This document shows, piece by piece, positions 49,760-55,473 of a stretch of 55,473 nt of DNA. Numbering within the stretch: position 1 is the stretch's first letter; every line of letters starts with the position of its first letter. The notes under the pieces were generated by a model. It ran no database searches and was not told the DNA's origin. It was given only the letters and a program-made list of their open reading frames with translations. The DNA is taken from the NCBI GenBank assembly GCA_013286575.1, contig JABDFL010000004.1:1-55473 (forward strand), in the 5' to 3' direction. The translations under genes and the position numbers were made by a program. The DNA is from Candidatus Omnitrophota bacterium (GTDB lineage: Bacteria; Omnitrophota; Gorgyraeia; Zapsychrales; Fredricksoniimonadaceae).

Positions 49760-51121
49760 TTATAACTTATCTAATGCTTCCCTGACCGTTGCCACCGGAA
49801 TTAACCGGATATTCGATGGTTTAAAATCATTTTTATTCTTCAAATTATTTTTAGGGACAATGCAGCGGGTGAACCCCAGCTTCTGCGCTTCATTGACCCT
49901 TGTGGCTATTTGGGCCACACTGCGCACCTCCGCGGAAAGCCCGACCTCTCCCAAGATGGCCGTGTCATGGGGCACCACCTTGTCCAATAACGCCGAGGCA
50001 ACCGCCAGGGTGACGCCCAAATCCGCGGCCGGGTCCATCACCTTGACCCCACCGACGACGTTTAAAAAAATATCTTTGTCCCCCAGATTCATCCCAAGCC
50101 TTTTTTCCAAAACCGCGGCGAGTAAGGCCAGGCGATTGGCATCAAACCCCTGCGCTTTTTGGCGCACCATGCCAAAAGCACTGCGGCTGACCAGGCCCTG
50201 GATCTCCACTAAAAAAGGCCTTGTCCCCTCGAGGATAGGCACGACCACCGAACCGGAAGAGCCTTCAGGCCGCTCGCAAAGGAAAATTTCCGAAGGGTTC
50301 AGCACTTCCTGCAAACCGGAGGCCGTCATCTCAAAGACACCGATCTCATTGGTGGAACCAAAACGGTTCTTGTTGGCGCGAAGCACCCGATAGGACGAAT
50401 AACGTTCACCTTCAAAATAAAGAACCCCATCCACCATATGCTCCAGGACGCGCGGGCCTGCCAGCATGCCTTCCTTGGTCACATGCCCGACGAAGAAAAG
50501 GGCCACCCCGCGCGATTTGGCCAGCTGTGTAAGGACTGATGCACTTTCCCTGACCTGGGCCACAGACCCGGGCGACGAAGAAAGTTCCGCTAAATGCACC
50601 ACCTGGATCGAGTCAATGATCACGACTTGCGGCGTTAATTGATGGATATAGCCGGTGATCGTTTCCACATCAATTTCATTGACGATATAAAAATTCCCGT
50701 TGGCTGCCTGGGCGACCCTGTCCGCGCGCATCTTGGCTTGTTTGACAGATTCCTCGCCGCTGATGTATAAAACTTTCAGACCCGTGCGGGCGAGCGCACA
50801 GCCGGCCTGCAACACAATGGTTGATTTGCCGATACCGGGATCGCCGCCGATCAAGGTCACGGAACCCGGGACAATGCCGCCGCCCATGACCCTGTCAAAT
50901 TCGCCTATCCCCGTCAGGTAACGCTTGTCATTATAAACATCTATCTCTTTTAAAAGAACGGGGGCGATGACTGAACCCGCCGCGATCTTGTTCACATCGA
51001 TCCGGGGAGTTGAAACCTCCTCGACATACGAATTCCACTCCTCACAATTGGGGCATTTGCCCACCCAACGCGCGGATTGGGAACCGCAGTTCTGGCAAAC
51101 GAAGACTGTCTTTGTTTTCAT
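49760..51121 (-). CDS. radA: DNA repair protein RadA
   Basis: Zinc finger CQNCGSQSARWVGKCPNC, Walker A GGDPGIGKST, the KNRFG motif and a Lon-like C-terminal domain. Confidence 0.95.
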   Translation of the reverse strand: MKTKTVFVCQNCGSQSARWVGKCPNCEEWNSYVEEVSTPRIDVNKIAAGSVIAPVLLKEIDVYNDKRYLTGIGEFDRVMGGGIVPGSVTLIGGDPGIGKSTIVLQAGCALARTGLKVLYISGEESVKQAKMRADRVAQAANGNFYIVNEIDVETITGYIHQLTPQVVIIDSIQVVHLAELSSSPGSVAQVRESASVLTQLAKSRGVALFFVGHVTKEGMLAGPRVLEHMVDGVLYFEGERYSSYRVLRANKNRFGSTNEIGVFEMTASGLQEVLNPSEIFLCERPEGSSGSVVVPILEGTRPFLVEIQGLVSRSAFGMVRQKAQGFDANRLALLAAVLEKRLGMNLGDKDIFLNVVGGVKVMDPAADLGVTLAVASALLDKVVPHDTAILGEVGLSAEVRSVAQIATRVNEAQKLGFTRCIVPKNNLKNKNDFKPSNIRLIPVATVREALDKL

Positions 51122-51123
51122 TA

Positions 51124-51813
51124 TTATCTGGGTTTGGGGCGGTAGAGCAGTTTCCAGGGGTTGCTTTTTAAATCCGAAGAGAGATCATCAAGATTATTAT
51201 AAATAGACTCATCGGTCAAGAGCTTGCCCAAGGTACCGCGCCCTTCTTTTAAATCCGTACCCACCGCACCGAAGCCTGCCAAGGCCTCCTGCAGGGATTG
51301 TTTATTTTTGTCAGTCAAGATGCCGGTATTGACGCTGTCCACCGTTGTTTGCAGCTTGATCATCAGGGAAGACACCTGCTCGGCGATCTTTTCAATCGGC
51401 ACAGGGTCCTGCCCGACGGTCACGCTATCATCCTTGATATTGTCCATCGAATTGCCCGGGATGATCTCCAGGTATTTCTCGCCCAAAATCCCCAGCTGAT
51501 TGATGGTAATTTTGGAATCCGCGGGAATGGCGATATCATCCTTGATCCAGACACTCACCCGCACCTTTGTTTTCCTGCCGTCATTCTCATCGGTAAAGAC
51601 CTGCAGTTTCTTGACCAGGCCCACCTCAACCCCCGCCAAACGCACGGGCGCTGCCTCACGCAAACCGCTGGCAAAACCGAAAACGACCTGGATATGTCGG
51701 CCTTTCTCAAAAATAGAAAGATCGCTGATCGAAATGATAAAAAAAGTAAACGCCAAAGCCGCCATCAACACAAATGAGCCGACCTTCAATTCCAGTCCGT
51801 TATCTCGAGACAT
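51124..51813 (-). CDS. mlaD: MlaD-like MCE-domain protein
   Basis: 229 aa with an N-terminal TM helix then an MCE domain (VVFGFASGLREAAPVRLAGVEVGLV). It lies in the operon with the Mla ABC components. Confidence 0.75.
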   Translation of the reverse strand: MSRDNGLELKVGSFVLMAALAFTFFIISISDLSIFEKGRHIQVVFGFASGLREAAPVRLAGVEVGLVKKLQVFTDENDGRKTKVRVSVWIKDDIAIPADSKITINQLGILGEKYLEIIPGNSMDNIKDDSVTVGQDPVPIEKIAEQVSSLMIKLQTTVDSVNTGILTDKNKQSLQEALAGFGAVGTDLKEGRGTLGKLLTDESIYNNLDDLSSDLKSNPWKLLYRPKPR

Positions 51814-51828
51814 ACCTTGCTCTCCTCC

Positions 51829-52602
51829 TCATTTTACATGGCCGAAAATCAAACTCTCATCATCGGTGATGGGCCCATGCGCATCACCATGGATAAATTG
51901 CTGGACCACCGGATGCTTGGAATTCTTGATCTCGTCCGGCTTGCCGTCGGCAATGACCTGCCCCCTGTAAAACATGGCGATCGAATCCGCCACCTGATAA
52001 GCGGAATTCATGTCATGCGTGACCATAATGGAAGTGACTTTAAGCTTGTCGCGCAGTTCAATGATCAAATGATTGATGGCAGCCGCAGTAATAGGGTCAA
52101 CTTCGCTGGTCGGCTCGTCGTACAAAATGATATGGGGTTCCATGCACAGCACCCGTGCCAGGCTCACCCGCTTTTTCATGCCGCCGGAAAGCTGGGAAGG
52201 CATCAGATCTTCCACATCCTTGAGGCCGACAAGGCCCAGGGCATCGTGGACTTTATCTTTGACCGTCTTTTTATCAAGATTCATGAACTCATTAAGGACA
52301 AAGCCCACATTTTCTCCGACGCTCATGGAATCGAACAAGGCCCCGCCCTGAAACACATACCCGATCTCCATGCGGATGCGGTCATATTCTTTTTCTTTAA
52401 GATTAGTGACTTCCGTGCCGTTGATCTTGATCGAACCGCTGTCCGGATGGATCAAGCCCACGATATTCTTTAAAAGAACGCTTTTGCCCACACCGGAGCG
52501 GCCGATAATGACCTTGGTCTCCCCGCGGCGCACCGTCAGGCTCATATTATTGAGGATCATCTGCGCGCCGAAGACCTTGTATAAGTTGCGTATTTCGATC
52601 AT
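51829..52602 (-). CDS. mlaF: ABC transporter ATP-binding protein (MlaF-like)
   Basis: Walker A GRSGVGKS, signature LSGGMKKR and Walker B ILYDEPTS. Confidence 0.85.
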   Translation of the reverse strand: MIEIRNLYKVFGAQMILNNMSLTVRRGETKVIIGRSGVGKSVLLKNIVGLIHPDSGSIKINGTEVTNLKEKEYDRIRMEIGYVFQGGALFDSMSVGENVGFVLNEFMNLDKKTVKDKVHDALGLVGLKDVEDLMPSQLSGGMKKRVSLARVLCMEPHIILYDEPTSEVDPITAAAINHLIIELRDKLKVTSIMVTHDMNSAYQVADSIAMFYRGQVIADGKPDEIKNSKHPVVQQFIHGDAHGPITDDESLIFGHVK

Positions 52603-52614
52603 TTATTTATTCCA

Positions 52615-53400
52615 TCAAAAATTAAGTAAAAAGTAAAAGATGAACGTGATGAAGCAGTCCATCATGATGATGAGGATAAAAGACCTCACCACCGCGGTCG
52701 TTGTTGCTTTGCCCACCCCATCGGCACCGCCCCTGACGGTCAGGCCCTGATGGCAGCCGACAATGGCGATGATCATGCCGAAGAAAATTGTTTTGGTCAG
52801 TCCCGTTATGATGTCCTTCATGCTCAACGCCCTGAAGGTCATCTTCCAGAACATCTCGTGGCTGATATGCAATTTAAACACACAGATCACATAACCGCCC
52901 CAGATGCCGATAATGTCCGACATCACGGTCAAAACCGGAAGCATGATGATAAGCCCCAAAAACCGCGGGACCACCAGGTATTTGACCGGATTAACGGCAA
53001 AGGCCTTGAGCGCATCCACCTGTTCGGTGACCACCATGGAGCCTATTTCCGCGGCGATGCCCGCCCCGATGCGGCCGGCAACGATCAGGGCCGTGAGTAC
53101 CGGCGTCAATTCACGGGTCAGGGCCACGGCAATGACGTTGGGGATATAAAGCTCGGCGGAAAGCTGCACCATCTGATAGGCCATCTGCAAAGCAATGATC
53201 ATCCCCACGAAAAAAGCGACCAGGGCTGAGATGATAAAACTGCCCGGCCCGATGCGCTGGGCCTGTATCAAAGAACGGTACCCCTTAAACGGGGGCGTCA
53301 CGGCACAGGCCACGGTCTGTGCCAATAATAGCGTCAGCTGCCCGACATAACGGAGCCATTCCTTGGCAGACGATGCAATTTTGGAAGCCAAAAAACTCAT
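52615..53400 (-). CDS. mlaE: ABC transporter permease (MlaE-like)
   Basis: 261 aa polytopic protein with MlaE-typical REL.PVLTALIVAGRIGAGIAAEIGSM. Confidence 0.85.
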   Translation of the reverse strand: MSFLASKIASSAKEWLRYVGQLTLLLAQTVACAVTPPFKGYRSLIQAQRIGPGSFIISALVAFFVGMIIALQMAYQMVQLSAELYIPNVIAVALTRELTPVLTALIVAGRIGAGIAAEIGSMVVTEQVDALKAFAVNPVKYLVVPRFLGLIIMLPVLTVMSDIIGIWGGYVICVFKLHISHEMFWKMTFRALSMKDIITGLTKTIFFGMIIAIVGCHQGLTVRGGADGVGKATTTAVVRSFILIIMMDCFITFIFYFLLNF

Positions 53401-53404
53401 GGTT

Positions 53405-55473
53405 TTAAGTTAGCACCAAATTGTCATTCTGACGGACAACAGTGACCTTGCTGCCTTCTTTAAAACGTCCGGAAATAATTTCTTCGGAAAGCATATCTTC
53501 CACGTACCGCTGGATCGTCCTTTTTAAAGGCCTGGCCCCGTATAAGGGGTCAAAACCTTTTTCCATCAGGAAATCCATGGCCTCGGAAGACAGGCTGATA
53601 TCAATCCCCCTGCCTTTAAGGCGCAGGATGACTTCGTTGATCTCAAGCTTGATGATCTCTGCCAGGTCTGCCTTGGTCAGGTTCCTGAACACAATAATGT
53701 CGTCGATACGATTCAGGAATTCAGGTTTGAATGCTTTTTTGACTTCATTAAGCAAGCGGTCCTTGACGGCGTTGTACGATGTGTCTTCCGCCTGGGCGAC
53801 AAAGCCCAAAGAACCGGCATTGCGGATATGCTCTGCCCCGACATTCGAGGTCATGATAATGATGGTGTTGCGAAAATCCACCTTACGCCCCAAACTATCG
53901 GTCAATTGCCCGTCTTCAAAGACCTGCAGCAGTAAATTAAAGACATCCGGATGGGCCTTTTCGATCTCATCCAAAAGCACCACGGAATAGGGACGGCGGC
54001 GGACTTTCTCCGTCAGCTGGCCGCCTTCTTCATATCCCACATAACCCGGCGGGGCCCCGATCAGACGGGAGACATTGAACTTGTCCATATATTCGGACAT
54101 GTCGATCTGGATCAAGGCTTCCCGGTCGCCGAACATGAATTCCGACAAAATGCGGGCCAATAAAGTTTTACCGACACCTGTCGGTCCTAAGAAAATAAAT
54201 GAACCGATGGGACGCCTCGGGCTTTTGATGCCTGCCCTGGAACGCCGCACCGCCCGTGAAATGGCTGAGACCGCCTCATCCTGGCCGATCACTGCTTTTT
54301 TCATCTGCTCTTCCATCTTGAGCAGGCGGTCGCTTTCTTTCTGCTCCAGGCGGACTAACGGAATTCTGGTCCACTGGGAAACCACACGGGCGATGTCATC
54401 TTCGCTAATGGTCAAGGAGACGTCATCGCGTTTTTGCATCCATTCCGCGCGTTTGCGCTCTTCACGAACTTCGCGCTCCTGGTCGCGCATCTTGGCCGCG
54501 CGCTCAAAATCCTGGATCTTGATGTAGGATTCCTTCTCTTTTTTTAACTGTTCAATTTTTTCTTCCAGCTCTTTGATATCATTGGGAACGACCATGGCCT
54601 GTAAACGGGCCTTGGCGCCGGCTTCGTCCAGAATATCCACAGCCTTGTCCGGTAGAAATCTGTTGGAAATATAACGGTCTGAAAGACGCGCGGCGGCTTC
54701 CAGCGACTCGTCGGAATATTTGACCCTGTGATGGGCTTCGTATTTGTCACGCAGTCCTTTTAGGATCTGGATGGTTTCATCCACCGATGGCGGCTCCACG
54801 ATGATCGTCTGAAAACGGCGCTCTAAGGCCGCGTCTTTTTCGATATTTTTGCGGTATTCGTCCATGGTGGTTGCCCCGATGCACTGGATCTCGCCGCGGG
54901 CCAGGGCCGGCTTTAAAATATTGGCCGCGTCAATGGCCCCTTCGGCCGCACCAGCACCGACGAGGGTATGGATCTCATCGATAAAAAGGACTATCTTTCC
55001 GGAACGCTTGAGCTCATCCATCACCGCCTTGATACGCTCCTCAAACTGGCCGCGGTATTTGGTGCCCGCGATCATCATGGCCAAATCCAGAACAACAATT
55101 GTTTTATCGCGCAGCAATTCCGGCACGTCCCCGGAAACGATCTGCTGGGCCAGGCCCTCGACGATGGCGGTTTTACCGATACCTGCTTCGCCTAAAAGCA
55201 CCGGATTATTTTTGGTGCGGCGGGACAGGATCTGGATAACGCGCTCGATCTCATTTTTACGGCCGATCACCGGGTCAAGTTTGCTTTCGCGGGCCAATTT
55301 ATTCAAATTGCGTCCATAGGCGTCAATCGCCGGGGTCTTGCCGGTCTTGACAGTTTCCTGCTGCTGGCCGTAACCGGGAATGCCGGAGCCTAATAATTCC
55401 ATGACTTCATTGCGTAATTTCCCTAAATCCAGCCCTAAGTTTAAAAGGACACGGTAGGCCATGCCTTCGCCTT
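53405..55473 (-). CDS. clpC: ClpC-type AAA+ chaperone, N-terminus outside the window
   Basis: Two AAA+ modules (GEAGIGKT and GPTGVGKT) with a UVR-like linker ([19 protein letters not shown]). The sequence before the track Met ([12 protein letters not shown]...) is still Clp_N repeat, so the gene continues past 55473. Confidence 0.9.
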   Translation of the reverse strand, partial: GEGMAYRVLLNLGLDLGKLRNEVMELLGSGIPGYGQQQETVKTGKTPAIDAYGRNLNKLARESKLDPVIGRKNEIERVIQILSRRTKNNPVLLGEAGIGKTAIVEGLAQQIVSGDVPELLRDKTIVVLDLAMMIAGTKYRGQFEERIKAVMDELKRSGKIVLFIDEIHTLVGAGAAEGAIDAANILKPALARGEIQCIGATTMDEYRKNIEKDAALERRFQTIIVEPPSVDETIQILKGLRDKYEAHHRVKYSDESLEAAARLSDRYISNRFLPDKAVDILDEAGAKARLQAMVVPNDIKELEEKIEQLKKEKESYIKIQDFERAAKMRDQEREVREERKRAEWMQKRDDVSLTISEDDIARVVSQWTRIPLVRLEQKESDRLLKMEEQMKKAVIGQDEAVSAISRAVRRSRAGIKSPRRPIGSFIFLGPTGVGKTLLARILSEFMFGDREALIQIDMSEYMDKFNVSRLIGAPPGYVGYEEGGQLTEKVRRRPYSVVLLDEIEKAHPDVFNLLLQVFEDGQLTDSLGRKVDFRNTIIIMTSNVGAEHIRNAGSLGFVAQAEDTSYNAVKDRLLNEVKKAFKPEFLNRIDDIIVFRNLTKADLAEIIKLEINEVILRLKGRGIDISLSSEAMDFLMEKGFDPLYGARPLKRTIQRYVEDMLSEEIISGRFKEGSKVTVVRQNDNLVLT

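Noticed and set aside
51817-52473. 218-aa plus-strand ORF (similar long antisense ORFs at 37756..38292, 43026..43649, 48871..49350, 49860..50393, 52750..53229, 53442..53990, 54849..55319)
   Set aside because: Each lies opposite a confidently recognised housekeeping gene (mlaF, tsaB, holB, PIN/TRAM, radA, mlaE, clpC). None shows a recognisable motif. They are typical shadow frames.
1-55473. CRISPR arrays, integrases, transposases or prophage blocks
   Set aside because: I found no regularly spaced direct repeats and no recombinase- or transposase-like ORFs. The only repeats are the short palindromic mini-elements listed as features.

Overview
This 55.5-kb window comes from a diderm (Gram-negative-type) bacterium of moderate GC. 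I cannot assign the lineage from sequence alone. The mini-repeat content and the giant-gene family make me suspect an uncultured candidate phylum, possibly Omnitrophota-like, but this is unverified. Most of the window is compact housekeeping sequence. It holds a secretin/pilus-type assembly operon, a sugar dehydrogenase, smpB-ssrA, tRNA-Leu, the aceE-aceF-lpd pyruvate dehydrogenase operon, comF-lptF-lptG, and a long minus-strand run (alr, tsaB, tsaE, thiL, mtnA, metG, PSP1, holB, tmk, cysS, cysE, ispDF, PIN/TRAM, radA, mlaDFE, clpC). Three very large paralogous minus-strand genes (1726, 1863 and 1221 aa) are embedded in this backbone. Each has a signal peptide, a conserved ~330-aa N-terminal module and a conserved ~55-aa C-terminal module. 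Between those ends each carries completely different enzyme-like cassettes: kinase-like domains plus a methyltransferase; PRTase, phospholipase D, an ADP-ribosyltransferase-like domain and a HAD phosphatase; or a phosphorylase lacking its PLP lysine. A recurring D-x-A-M tetrapeptide sits at the module junctions. I could not place either conserved module in a named family, and I regard this family as the main candidate for an undescribed system (a multi-cassette exoprotein or effector-delivery architecture). Other notable items are two families of palindromic mini-repeats inserted in frame into coding sequence, a tmRNA with a 33-codon tag, a non-canonical tRNA followed by a trailer antisense to itself, and a Maf-DUF192 in-frame fusion. 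All coordinates derived by hand from the printed sequence may be off by 1-2 nt.
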